Counted from the stretch's first letter, positions 9,016 through 18,853 are shown. The stretch is DNA of 64,000 bases from an archaeon (GCA_020057405.1 JAGVFW010000013.1:64001-128000), one strand, 5' to 3'. A program made the numbers and translations. Notes: generated by a model not told the origin, from the sequence alone.

Positions 9016-10314
9016 TTGTTGAAAAACTTGCAAGTTGGCATTGGCTTTTCGGAAGTAGCAGATTCAAAAAAGGCGGCTAAGGCGGCCTCTGAACAAGCGC
9101 TGAAAACACTTAAGAAAAAGCCAACAATCACCTACGTTTTCTTCGCAGGGGAATACGATCCTAAAGAAATAAGCAGGGGGTTAGTTGAAGCACTTGGCGA
9201 TAGTGAATTTGTCGGGGGTTCCGGTGACGCGGTATTTTTTGAGGACAAGATATACCGGACCGGAATAGTGGTTGCGGCAATATACAGCGAATATCTCCAC
9301 GTAGGAATCTCCTCAATCGAAGGAATATCAAAAGACCCCCACGGACTAGCTAGGAAAGTAACTGCAGAAGCAATGAAGAAAATTGCAATAGACAAGTATG
9401 TAGATCCATACTTACAGTTTACTAGAATGAGAAATAGCAGCATAAAGTGGATGATTAAAAAACCATCATTCCACATTACAGTTTTTGCGAAAGGTATGAA
9501 ATTGCCTCAGATGGGAGAAGAAACCAAAATATTACAAGGAATAACTAGGGAAATGGGATTCAATGTTCCGATTTGGGGGGGCAGTTTCGGAGTACACCTC
9601 GAAAAGCTATTCGAACAAAAACCATACGACATTCACCTCTTACATTCAGGTAAAATACTCACAGACGGCTTAATCGTAGTAGTGAATTCAACAAGTCTAC
9701 TCTACGGACTATCCTTAGCGCATGGTTCGCAACGGACAAACAAAATAGGCTTCATTTCTGGCGTTACGGGGGGCGGGTACGTGATAACGGGAATTTCCGG
9801 TAAAAACCCCATAGACTGGTATTGTGAAAACCTAAACATACCTCGAAAAGAGTTTTTAAAAAATTCCATAGTTATTACTCAGAAAAACCCATTAGGAATT
9901 CCTGACAACTATGGCGGATTTATTATTAGGGCGGGCGGAGTACCCGCTGGAGAAAATCTAGCCTTTACTGCAACGTTCGAAGAAGGTTGGCCGGTATACA
10001 TCATGGATTCGAGCATAAGCAATATGGCCACGGCACCGGGTAAAGTAATCGAAGACCTGCGTGCAAGTACCAACGAAGCAACTCCGGCTCTAGCTCTAGC
10101 AATCATCTGCGCATCATGCAGAATCGTCACAGGAGAAAAAGGCGTCGCCGGAGAACTCAAAGAATTAAAGAAAAAGCTCGGCGGGGCGCCAATCGTAGGT
10201 TTCTCGTCATTTACTGAAATTGGAGCTAAAGAGGGCGTACCCACTACGGTACAGCACGAAGCTACAACCCTACTAACAATTTACGATAAATTGTTGCACG
10301 AAGTTAGGGATTGA
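9016..10314 (+). CDS. FIST (FIST_N plus FIST_C) sensory protein
   Basis: VGIGFS...AAKAASEQAL start, PIWGGS, NPLG, ICASCR and GFSSFTEIG...QHEAT motifs. Confidence 0.85.
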   Translation: MLKNLQVGIGFSEVADSKKAAKAASEQALKTLKKKPTITYVFFAGEYDPKEISRGLVEALGDSEFVGGSGDAVFFEDKIYRTGIVVAAIYSEYLHVGISSIEGISKDPHGLARKVTAEAMKKIAIDKYVDPYLQFTRMRNSSIKWMIKKPSFHITVFAKGMKLPQMGEETKILQGITREMGFNVPIWGGSFGVHLEKLFEQKPYDIHLLHSGKILTDGLIVVVNSTSLLYGLSLAHGSQRTNKIGFISGVTGGGYVITGISGKNPIDWYCENLNIPRKEFLKNSIVITQKNPLGIPDNYGGFIIRAGGVPAGENLAFTATFEEGWPVYIMDSSISNMATAPGKVIEDLRASTNEATPALALAIICASCRIVTGEKGVAGELKELKKKLGGAPIVGFSSFTEIGAKEGVPTTVQHEATTLLTIYDKLLHEVRD

Positions 10315-10325
10315 GTTGAACCTGC

Positions 10326-11873
10326 GTGACACCTATTCGAAACGCAACAATTTTAGTGCTGGGCGGAGCAGGACAAGTAGGCTTCGAATTTTGTTCACAA
10401 ATCCTATCCAAAAATCCACTGAAGCTCATTATTTGCGATATAAATGAGAAAAAAGTTAAGTCTGCCATTAGTAGATTAAATTCAAAAAGTCGTACGACCG
10501 CAAAAATCGGAGAATGGGGAGATATTTTTTCAGATAAACCGACAGCGAAGTCTGCGCTCATTCAAATAAAAAGCAGCATTGTCGAACTGACGAACCGAAC
10601 TGGCGTGCTGGCGGCTAGCGATGCCTCAGATACCTTCCTTTACAAGCTGATATGCAAATACAAGCCCGACATCCTTGTTGATGCGGTCAATACAGCTACT
10701 GCACTGGCTTACAAAGATAGTCGCGAATCAAAAACGCGCGAATCTACGCAACAAAACGACCTACCAGAACCGGTGCCGATTATGCAATTAATTCGACACA
10801 CGCAAGTGTTGTTTCAGGCGTTCAGAAAAGCACAAACTAAGGAATATATAAAAATAGGAACTGGCGGAACCGGCGGCCTTGGTTTCACTTTGCCATATAC
10901 ACACGGTGAAAATGAAGTTCCGTCAAAACTCCTAATGAGTAAATCTGCCGTTGCAGGCGCGCAAACCATGCTTTTGTGGGTTTTGGCAAGAACTCCAATG
11001 ATGCCAATAATAAAGGAAATTAAAGTTACGGCACTCATAGGATGGAGAGAAATTGGGCGGGGTGAATTCACCATCGACTCCGAACCAATCGCACTCTATG
11101 ATTGCCCAATTGAAAAGAGCCTAACTATCAGCGATGCGCTAAAAAAACACAATTCAATCAGATTAAATAAAAATCTACACGGGACGTGGATTGACACTGG
11201 AGAAAATGGAATATTTACTAAAGATATGTTCGCGGCTATTACTTCGAGAAACAACATGGAGCTAATTACTCCAGCAGAAATAGTCAAAATAATCATAGAC
11301 GAAATTGAAGGCAAGCACACCGGGAAAGACACAATATCGGCCATGGATAATGCAGTACTTGGCCCTACACTAATCGGAAGCGGAATGCGGCAAGTCGCTA
11401 TAGATCGAATGAAGGATGACGACGAAGTTGTGGCAAGTATACCGACGCTAGGCCCCCTAACGGCAAAAATATTGTGGGAAGCCGCATTACTGAAAACCTC
11501 TTTCGAGAATATCGATCAAGTAATAAAAGAAAATGAAAAACATATATCGGAAAGGACTTTTGAAAAAATAAGCAGAGATCAAACGCTGAGAGCTAAAATA
11601 ATATCCATAGGAATACCCATCCTCTTACCTTCTGGTAAGCTTCTTCGCGGTCCAACTATATCAATTCCAGATCAGAGTCGAGTATCCTCAAACCTGCGAG
11701 ATGTCGAGACTTGGGCCGCCACTGGCTGGGTAGACCTTAGGCCTAAAAACTGGCTGCTTTGGAAAACCTGGCTCCGCGACTATCGCACATCTAATAACAA
11801 TTCATTCAATATCGGCGAGATTTGCGGATGGATTTTTGCGCATAAGCTTGGCGGAATGAGGATAAAACGGTGA
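10326..11873 (+). CDS. NAD(P)-binding Rossmann-fold oxidoreductase (SDR-like), substrate unknown
   Basis: N-terminal VLGGAGQVG, also DAVNTATALAY, IGTGGTGGLG and DTGENG. Confidence 0.65.
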   Translation: MTPIRNATILVLGGAGQVGFEFCSQILSKNPLKLIICDINEKKVKSAISRLNSKSRTTAKIGEWGDIFSDKPTAKSALIQIKSSIVELTNRTGVLAASDASDTFLYKLICKYKPDILVDAVNTATALAYKDSRESKTRESTQQNDLPEPVPIMQLIRHTQVLFQAFRKAQTKEYIKIGTGGTGGLGFTLPYTHGENEVPSKLLMSKSAVAGAQTMLLWVLARTPMMPIIKEIKVTALIGWREIGRGEFTIDSEPIALYDCPIEKSLTISDALKKHNSIRLNKNLHGTWIDTGENGIFTKDMFAAITSRNNMELITPAEIVKIIIDEIEGKHTGKDTISAMDNAVLGPTLIGSGMRQVAIDRMKDDDEVVASIPTLGPLTAKILWEAALLKTSFENIDQVIKENEKHISERTFEKISRDQTLRAKIISIGIPILLPSGKLLRGPTISIPDQSRVSSNLRDVETWAATGWVDLRPKNWLLWKTWLRDYRTSNNNSFNIGEICGWIFAHKLGGMRIKR

Positions 11874-13027
11874 TAACTAACTTCGAGGAGCTTTTAACAA
11901 CATCCTCACGCACATTAGACCCGAAACAGATTTCACCAGCCGTATGGGCTTCAAAAAATTGGGAAAAACTAGATAGGAAAAGTACTGAAACGACCCTTCT
12001 TCCGTTTATTAAGTTTCAAATTAATCGCGCTGGCAAAGCAATGCCAGATATTTACTCGCCATACACGAAAAAAAATACGCCAATAAACGAGTTTGAAGAT
12101 TTTTTTAATTTACCTGCACTAGTAAAAGACACGGGAACCCACTCCATCGGATTTAGAGAAAAGGTCAAACTTAATCCGTATATACTATTACCAAAAGATA
12201 CGAGTTCAGCTACGGTCGTCTATAAATCAGGCGGTACTCGGGGTACAGCCACTCCCACGTTTCTAACCACTTGGGATCACGAAGTTGAAGCGCTTTCCTT
12301 AAAAAAGTGCTTCGAGTATATGGGAATAAAGAAAGATGTGGTTGCGCTTAATTCTTACAATCCGACACATAAAGGCGGACAACTGATTACCAATGCACTC
12401 TTAGCTCTGGGCGTAAAAGTTATACCTAGGCGTACAACCGATACGCCAACAGAAATGATTAACACGATAAAAACCTACGGCGTATCAATGTTAGCAACAG
12501 TACAAGGCCCACTTAGTGAAGATGATAATGTTCGAAAAGGCGCAGGGATAGATTTCCTATCACTTATTGAAGCGGGACAAGATGTACTCGAACAACACTT
12601 AGACTTGTTGTTCATTACCGGCTATTCGCTCATTCCGGAAGTTATTGCTTGGTCAGAAAGTAATAAAAAAAACCTCGCTACGTGTTTAGGTTCTTCGGAA
12701 GCAATTCCCCAAGCAACTAGCACAGTAAAAGGTACAAAGTGCAAATACAACAACCTGCACCTGATTAACGGCCCCCACTACCTCGAAATCGTAAAGCTGG
12801 AATCTGGAACACTCGTTCCAGTAAAACGGGGAGAAACTGGCCTGCTACTATACACCACCATTGCAAGAGACGGTACGATATACATCCGATACGCTCCGGG
12901 TGACGCGGCAACACTAACGGCTTACGGTGGAGAATGCGACTGTGGAATACGTACACCCATCATTTCAAATATTCGAAGAATAGATATACCTGAAGATACT
13001 ATTGCCGCCGGCTGTTGCATAGGGTAG
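11870..13027 (+). CDS. Adenylate-forming ligase (PaaK / LuxE-like acyl-protein synthetase)
   Basis: YKSGGTRG P-loop, GSSE, GLLLYTT and IRYAPGD motifs; C-terminal GCCIG. Confidence 0.75.
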   Translation: MITNFEELLTTSSRTLDPKQISPAVWASKNWEKLDRKSTETTLLPFIKFQINRAGKAMPDIYSPYTKKNTPINEFEDFFNLPALVKDTGTHSIGFREKVKLNPYILLPKDTSSATVVYKSGGTRGTATPTFLTTWDHEVEALSLKKCFEYMGIKKDVVALNSYNPTHKGGQLITNALLALGVKVIPRRTTDTPTEMINTIKTYGVSMLATVQGPLSEDDNVRKGAGIDFLSLIEAGQDVLEQHLDLLFITGYSLIPEVIAWSESNKKNLATCLGSSEAIPQATSTVKGTKCKYNNLHLINGPHYLEIVKLESGTLVPVKRGETGLLLYTTIARDGTIYIRYAPGDAATLTAYGGECDCGIRTPIISNIRRIDIPEDTIAAGCCIG

Positions 13028-13032
13028 AACAA

Positions 13033-14454
13033 ATGACCCACCTAAAATTTAACAACTATATAGGCGGAAAGGAAGTTCTACTTTCAGGACAAACTTTTAC
13101 AGTTGAAAGCAGCATATATCCCGACTATCAGTTTCTAGCTCCTGAAGCGGGACTATTTGATATTAAAACGGCAATTTCTAAGGCGCGTACATCTGTAAAA
13201 GACTGCCACGCACTTACCTTTAGCGAACGAATAGAAATACTTGAACGAGCGGCGGCTTCTTTTTCGCCAACTGCAACTGATTTCGAGTTCGCTGTCAAAA
13301 CCACAGGCATGCCCATATCAAATGTTAGGTCTTTTTCAGAAGATATTCGAAATATTTACCGCAATGTACCGATTGCTATAGAAAAGCACATAGGCCGGCT
13401 GGGCGACCGGTTCGGACATGACCTTAGACACTCAGAAGGCACCGTGCATTTTGAACCAATAAATGGAATAGTATATGCAATTACGCCAGGTAACGATATT
13501 CGCGTAACCGCATTCATTGCAAGTTGGCTAGTAGCCTTAGGAATACCCGGAATATTTAAATGCTCAAAAAACGACCTCGCGTTTGCTAATAAAACTTTAC
13601 AAAAGTTAGTCGAGGCGGGCTATCCGGAAGGCGGTCTTAACCTGCTTTGTTGGGATACACAAAAAAAGGAAAATGCTAAATTAAATTTCGAATTGGTAGA
13701 TTCTTCGAAAGTTGTTTGGGCATATGGAGCCGATTCGACCGTTGATTTCATGCTTCGATTTGAAACAAAATCTGAAAACCAAGTTTTAGATCACTTTTCG
13801 GACAAAACCATACTAAGACATGCAACCGGAAGAACCGCAGCTATATCCTCTCCGAAAACAGACATCGAAAAAGTATCTGAACGCGCGACTACCTCCGCTT
13901 TAACTTGGCCGATTGGTTGTAACTCGCTAAAAGCACTATTTAACGCATCCAACAAAAACACCGAGGTTGTTAGCGCCCTAACGGAAAAGTTCGAGCAACT
14001 TGCTAAACATACCGGCGACCCCATGAAAAACACTACGAAGATAGGCTTCACGGAACCAAAACTACTAGCCCAGGTGTGGAACAGAATAAATGACCTCAAA
14101 AAAACCGGTCAGCTTAGCTTGCTTACTGGAGAAAAAATTAGTGAAAGACAATGCACGCCGCTACTCTTAGAAACTCTCGACCTTAATTCGGAATTCCTAA
14201 ACACTGAATTTTCTACTTATCTACTAACTATCAAAAACTGCTCCGGGTTTAGTGAAGCGATAGATGAGGTCAATGTAACTTCAGGTGCGAATAGACGACT
14301 CGTAGTAACTGTTTTTTCTTCTGAAAATGAAAAACTCGGAAGAATTCACGCGCACCGAATAAATATGAACACCATAACAACCGATCTCGACCTATTATTT
14401 CAAGAAGGAAACGACTACTTTAGCAAACTGACTACGCCCCAACTTCATAAATGA
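13033..14454 (+). CDS. ALDH-superfamily protein, LuxC-like acyl reductase
   Basis: ITPGN, KCS, VWAYGADSTV (LuxC-like xWGGxxAV) and catalytic Cys in IGCNS. The ELGG glutamate motif is replaced by HATGR. Confidence 0.7.
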   Translation: MTHLKFNNYIGGKEVLLSGQTFTVESSIYPDYQFLAPEAGLFDIKTAISKARTSVKDCHALTFSERIEILERAAASFSPTATDFEFAVKTTGMPISNVRSFSEDIRNIYRNVPIAIEKHIGRLGDRFGHDLRHSEGTVHFEPINGIVYAITPGNDIRVTAFIASWLVALGIPGIFKCSKNDLAFANKTLQKLVEAGYPEGGLNLLCWDTQKKENAKLNFELVDSSKVVWAYGADSTVDFMLRFETKSENQVLDHFSDKTILRHATGRTAAISSPKTDIEKVSERATTSALTWPIGCNSLKALFNASNKNTEVVSALTEKFEQLAKHTGDPMKNTTKIGFTEPKLLAQVWNRINDLKKTGQLSLLTGEKISERQCTPLLLETLDLNSEFLNTEFSTYLLTIKNCSGFSEAIDEVNVTSGANRRLVVTVFSSENEKLGRIHAHRINMNTITTDLDLLFQEGNDYFSKLTTPQLHK

Positions 14455-14468
14455 ACGAATAGAACGCA

Positions 14469-15242
14469 TTAAAGCTTCAAAACGTCTTCATCGGAAACAA
14501 ACTCGATTCCGCTCTTTGAAAATCTATACGATAACGCCTTCCGTTCATGATCAGTATACCTCATTTTTCTAACTTGCAAAGATCGAAATTCGGCAGTACC
14601 TATTCCAAAAAAACTCAGGAAAATTACACCATCGGCAAGAAATTCTGAAATTCCGTCCGAACTCATACCTTTTCCTCGCTCTGGCAATTCTGAAGTGAGA
14701 AAAATTGTCGCACCCAACGCCCTTAGACTAGAAATAACCGTAGCTAACATTCGCTTAGTCATAGTTTTCTCCGAAGTACTCCTAGGTGGAATTTTATCTA
14801 AACTTCGTGAAGGCACCCCTCCGCGCTTAAGCAATACTTCCTTTGCAAAATCAGATACCAAGGCAAACTCAGAAAAAGTACTCATAGAGTCTAAAACCAG
14901 CCGTTGCGGAGAAAACTGACGAATCGCAGTGAAAATTTCGCTCAAAAAAGACTCGTCCTTTAATATATCTACATAAACTATTTTGAGCAAGTTTTTATCT
15001 ACCCAAAGATTCAAATCCCACCCGTATTGGGCAGCTTGCTTATTCAATTCTTCAAACGTCTGTTCGGTTGAAACGTACATACTTCGCTCATTATTTGCTA
15101 TCCCCTGAAGTAAGAAATGCAAACATAAGGTACTCTTACCAGTTCCGGCCCCCCCCGAAATTAATACTACGTTCCCCTTAGGAATGCCCCCACTAATGGC
15201 CTCATCCAAGCCGATAATGCCAGTTTTAACTCTCTCAATCAT
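14469..15242 (-). CDS. KaiC-like / RAD55 single-domain ATPase
   Basis: GGAGTGKS, VLDS, EFLADGVI and VRKMR. Confidence 0.9.
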   Translation of the reverse strand: MIERVKTGIIGLDEAISGGIPKGNVVLISGGAGTGKSTLCLHFLLQGIANNERSMYVSTEQTFEELNKQAAQYGWDLNLWVDKNLLKIVYVDILKDESFLSEIFTAIRQFSPQRLVLDSMSTFSEFALVSDFAKEVLLKRGGVPSRSLDKIPPRSTSEKTMTKRMLATVISSLRALGATIFLTSELPERGKGMSSDGISEFLADGVIFLSFFGIGTAEFRSLQVRKMRYTDHERKALSYRFSKSGIEFVSDEDVLKL

Positions 15243-15263
15243 CGAGATACTTAGGCTTGCCCA

Positions 15264-16154
15264 TTAAAAAAGCATATCGGATCGGGTAGCTTTACCCCGT
15301 TTGAATCCACCTTTAGTCGGGCCTACCTCAAACACGCATTTTTGGTCGCCTTTTGCTATGCACTTGGTTTCTTTTGCTTCGATTGCTGGGTCACCATACA
15401 TTACGGCGAATCCTCCCGCTAGGCAGCCGCGCAGAAAATCGTCCACAGGCTCCTTGCTTTTTCCGAAACGATTAAGGTATTCGACTGCGAAGGGAGAATA
15501 ATCTACTGTGACGAAAGCGGTTTTATTTGCCGTATCTATCTGCTCGATGTTTAGACTCCCCCAGCCGACTATTGAGAGCGTGTCAATGCCGTGCTGGAGT
15601 TCTACATCCAAGTCGCCACGGGTTACGCCCGTTCTACGCATTTCAGAATACCAACTGACGCTCATATCTCTTACCGTTTTGTAAAGAAGGCCGGGCTTCT
15701 TTTTGAGTTCAATGTGCCAAAGTAGGTACTGATACATCGGAATCATGCAAATCTTGTGCCCAAATAAGTAAAGCTCATCCTTCGACAGGGTGAGATTTCC
15801 ACTAAGCAAAAGATGTTTGAGCAGCGACAATGCCCTAAATGCAGAAAACATCCGGCCCTTGGCCGGAATGGCGAAAAAAGTTTTTGAATCGGAAGACGCC
15901 TGTATTGTCGAAATTTCTTGCGCCAAATTTCCCAACCAAACGCGATTAATAGAATAACCGGCATCATCTTTCACTAGCATTCCGGCGGCGGCCATTTCGC
16001 CGAGCGCCTTGTGTACGCCTTGGTAGGTAGCTTTGGTGCCTTCCTTTTGCACTGCCTTGAACGTTTCTTTTGCCGTTAGGGGCGCTTGCTCGGAGAGCGC
16101 GTTAAGCGTGGCGCCTTTCACACCGCCCAATGCAGAGCCTAGGACTGAACTCAT
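15264..16154 (-). CDS. wHTH-V4R transcriptional regulator
   Basis: N-terminal PLTAKE...ATYQGVHKALGEM wHTH and C-terminal RGCLAGGF...ETKCIAKGDQKCVF V4R. Start trimmed to ATG 16154 (ATGA overlap). Confidence 0.8.
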   Translation of the reverse strand: MSSVLGSALGGVKGATLNALSEQAPLTAKETFKAVQKEGTKATYQGVHKALGEMAAAGMLVKDDAGYSINRVWLGNLAQEISTIQASSDSKTFFAIPAKGRMFSAFRALSLLKHLLLSGNLTLSKDELYLFGHKICMIPMYQYLLWHIELKKKPGLLYKTVRDMSVSWYSEMRRTGVTRGDLDVELQHGIDTLSIVGWGSLNIEQIDTANKTAFVTVDYSPFAVEYLNRFGKSKEPVDDFLRGCLAGGFAVMYGDPAIEAKETKCIAKGDQKCVFEVGPTKGGFKRGKATRSDMLF

Positions 16155-16978
16155 TTTCTCCCTCCGCACAGTGCAATCGTTTCTTTCTTTAGTTGGTCGG
16201 CGAGGGCTTGGTTGCGGATGACTGCAACTGGCACTCGCGCCTTTTTCATGAAAACCGCCTCGTAGAAGCTGTCGACATCGAAGTCGCTCATTTTGGAGGC
16301 GGAGTTGTAGACTTTGTCGAGTGCTTTCTTGAACTCGAGCGGGTAGTAGACGCGCACAACGAAGTCCTTGTAGACGACGGTATCCGTGCTCGTCGCTTCC
16401 TTCACGCCAATCCGGTGCTTCAGCTTGGAGTTCTTGCGCCAGTAGTCCGCGCACCAGCGGTCAAGCGGCGTGTCGGCAGGCGTTATCGAGTAGCTGTCGG
16501 ACACGCTTACCAGCTCCTTCATGCGCAAGTAAGTCTCGCGGTTGAGGAACAGGGGAACCCAGAAGTGGCACCACTGCAGCGCCAGTACCTTGTCCTTTGG
16601 GTCAAAAACCTTCTGCGCGAAAGAGACAAGGAAATCGTCAACCTCGGCAACAGAATCAAAAAAAAGCACCGACTGGCCGGCGGGCATGCTTAAACCGGTC
16701 TTCGAATAGGAAGACTTGAGCTCGTCAGAAAACCGTGAGAGTCCATCAATCCAATCAAAGGAAAGAGAGTAACCCTCTGGAGAACGGGAAATCACGCCCT
16801 CCAAAGAAAGCTCGCCTAAAGACTTGTGGATTGCCTGATAAGTAAGGTGCGTTCCGTTCTTCGCAATTGCGGAATGGATTTGCTTGGCAGAGAGCGGCCA
16901 CTTGGCAGAGAGAACACTGATAATCGCGCTTTTCGCGTCCGCTTTTCCTCGACTGCCTAGAGTAGGTAATTCAATCAT
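16151..16978 (-). CDS. wHTH transcriptional regulator (paralog 3)
   Basis: KWPLSAKQIH...LTYQAIHKSLGEL...YSLS. Start trimmed to ATG 16978. Confidence 0.75.
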   Translation of the reverse strand: MIELPTLGSRGKADAKSAIISVLSAKWPLSAKQIHSAIAKNGTHLTYQAIHKSLGELSLEGVISRSPEGYSLSFDWIDGLSRFSDELKSSYSKTGLSMPAGQSVLFFDSVAEVDDFLVSFAQKVFDPKDKVLALQWCHFWVPLFLNRETYLRMKELVSVSDSYSITPADTPLDRWCADYWRKNSKLKHRIGVKEATSTDTVVYKDFVVRVYYPLEFKKALDKVYNSASKMSDFDVDSFYEAVFMKKARVPVAVIRNQALADQLKKETIALCGGRK

Positions 16979-17826
16979 TTCCTTCCCCTCCTGAACTCGG
17001 CGAGCGTTTCGTCGATGATTTGTTTTGCCATTGCCTTGTTGCGGGTGATGACTACTGGGACTTTCATGCGGGCGCCGATTCCGACGAGCACGTAGTCGTA
17101 GACGACACGCATTACGCTGGCCGCTGACTGGGACGAGAAAGTCAGGTGCATGAACTTTTTGAATGCGGGGGGCCAGTAGATGTTGATTACGTAGTCGTTG
17201 AAGGCGAGCACGTCGCACGCTTCGGCAACGTCAACACCGGCAAGCCATTTGAGGGCTATTGGACCCTCCAAGTACTTCAGGCAGTAAATGTCCCCAGGTG
17301 AGTTGCCTCGGCAGAGAGCGTAATTGCCCTTGCTTTTCTTGAATCTGGCCATTTTCTTGTATTGCTCCTCGCCAACCATTTGCGCCGCCCAAGCGAACCC
17401 GCAGTGCTGCACAATCACGCTCTTGCCTGCGGCGATTGGAGGCATCTCATCAATGACCCAATAGGGGGCGGAGATTATGCCCGTAAAAGTGTAGGAAACC
17501 GAAGAGTTGGGAGGAATTTCCAAGAGACGAGGAGGCTCTCCGCCCGAATATCGCTTGCTAGCGTCATTCCACCAAGCTTTCTGCGCTTCGACCCACCCTG
17601 GCGAAAGCGAATATCCTTCCGGCAAGCGCGAGATAACGCCATCGGCCGACAACTCGCCCAAGACCTTGTGCACCGCTTGGTAAGTAAGTGGCTTGCCGCC
17701 GTCCTTTGAAACTACAGCGTGCAACTGCTTTGCAAACAAGGGCCATTTGACTGCTAGCGCGTTGATCACGCGCGAGCGGGCGTCATGCCTGCCGCTTGCG
17801 AGCAGTCCCGCGTTAAGTTCAGCCAC
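16975..17826 (-). CDS. wHTH transcriptional regulator (paralog 2)
   Basis: KWPLFAKQLH...LTYQAVHKVLGEL; C-terminal VITRNKAMA shared with its paralogs. Confidence 0.75.
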   Translation of the reverse strand: MAELNAGLLASGRHDARSRVINALAVKWPLFAKQLHAVVSKDGGKPLTYQAVHKVLGELSADGVISRLPEGYSLSPGWVEAQKAWWNDASKRYSGGEPPRLLEIPPNSSVSYTFTGIISAPYWVIDEMPPIAAGKSVIVQHCGFAWAAQMVGEEQYKKMARFKKSKGNYALCRGNSPGDIYCLKYLEGPIALKWLAGVDVAEACDVLAFNDYVINIYWPPAFKKFMHLTFSSQSAASVMRVVYDYVLVGIGARMKVPVVITRNKAMAKQIIDETLAEFRRGRK

Positions 17827-18721
17827 TGCGCTTGCCTCCGGTTTTGAAGTGCGTTGCCAGCTTCCTTCTCATTTCTCTTGCAAGCGCGGCGTTTCGGGTG
17901 ATGACTAGCTTGATTTTGAATTTCTTTTGGAAGCAAATCTTGTAGAGGGAATTGAGGTCCATGATTTTTTTTATCATGTTCTTACTGAACCACGCCATTA
18001 CTTCGGGGGGCGTGTAAATCTGGACGATAAAATCGCCGAAAACCACGGAGTCTACCTTGTTTGCAGGGTCGGTGCCCATAACGTAGGGCGTGCCGAAACC
18101 ACGCTTCCAAAACTCTAGAGTGAACCTATCGAGAAAGAAGTTCGTCGTGCACACGAGCCTTGTGCGGGCCGAGGAAGTAAGCTGCCTGATTTCATCATAC
18201 TCTTTCTTGCTAACAATAAAGACCGGCCAGGCGCCGTACATCACGATGAAAACATCGCCCTCGACCCTGTGCTTGAGAGTATACTCCGCCATCTCGGAAA
18301 GAACCCAGTAAAAGGGCGCGGCCAGACTCTCGTTAAACTCCACAGTTGTGCTGGAATCAGGCGCAATGTCGGCAAACGAAATGCGGTCAGGCGAGACGTG
18401 ACGCACTTCCGCCTCCTGCAAAAACTTCTTAGAACGCGAAATCCAGTCAAGAGACAAACGATAATTGCTAGAAAAATTGCGCTCAAGCACGCCCTCAGAA
18501 GCAAGGCGCCGAACCACCTTGTGGACGGCCTGGTAAGTCAACTGCTTGCCGCCGTCAGATAAAAGAAGCGAGTGAACATGCTTTGCGGACAACGGGGACT
18601 TTCTAGCCAGTGCCGAGATTACACGCGAGCGGGCGTCACGGCGCCCCGACGCTAGGACACTTTCCGAAAGCCCCCGATCTAAGTTGCCAACCAAACCCCA
18701 AACCACCACTCCGCAGGACAC
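17819..18721 (-). CDS. wHTH transcriptional regulator (paralog 1; start uncertain)
   Basis: SPLSAKHVH...LTYQAVHKVVRRL; C-terminal VITRNAALA. Confidence 0.75.
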   Translation of the reverse strand: MSCGVVVWGLVGNLDRGLSESVLASGRRDARSRVISALARKSPLSAKHVHSLLLSDGGKQLTYQAVHKVVRRLASEGVLERNFSSNYRLSLDWISRSKKFLQEAEVRHVSPDRISFADIAPDSSTTVEFNESLAAPFYWVLSEMAEYTLKHRVEGDVFIVMYGAWPVFIVSKKEYDEIRQLTSSARTRLVCTTNFFLDRFTLEFWKRGFGTPYVMGTDPANKVDSVVFGDFIVQIYTPPEVMAWFSKNMIKKIMDLNSLYKICFQKKFKIKLVITRNAALAREMRRKLATHFKTGGKRSG

Positions 18722-18769
18722 GAAGAGTCCCGGGGATTGCCAACTGGATAGTGGTGACGACCGGCTATA

Positions 18770-18834
18770 AACTTTTAGTTGATTGCAGTTCTACCGCACC
18801 TCTTTATTCGGGCACAAACACAATAATTTCGACA
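18770..18834 (+). promoter_or_regulatory. Operator/promoter element, copy 1
   Basis: AACTTTTAGTTGATTgcagTTCTACCG...TTTATTC..GCAC..CACAATAATTTCGACA, near-identical to 22386-22450. Confidence 0.65.
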
Positions 18835-18853
18835 AAGAAGGCGGTGAGCAAAT

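Noticed and set aside
11870-14454. Bioluminescence lux operon
   Set aside because: No luxA/luxB luciferase or luxD in the window.
7089-15242. Circadian clock (kaiABC)
   Set aside because: Both ATPases are single-domain KaiC-like proteins, and there is no kaiA or kaiB.
16155-16454. Long N-terminal extensions on wHTH ORFs (also 16979-17218)
   Set aside because: They overlap upstream paralogs; ATGA-coupled internal starts are far more plausible.
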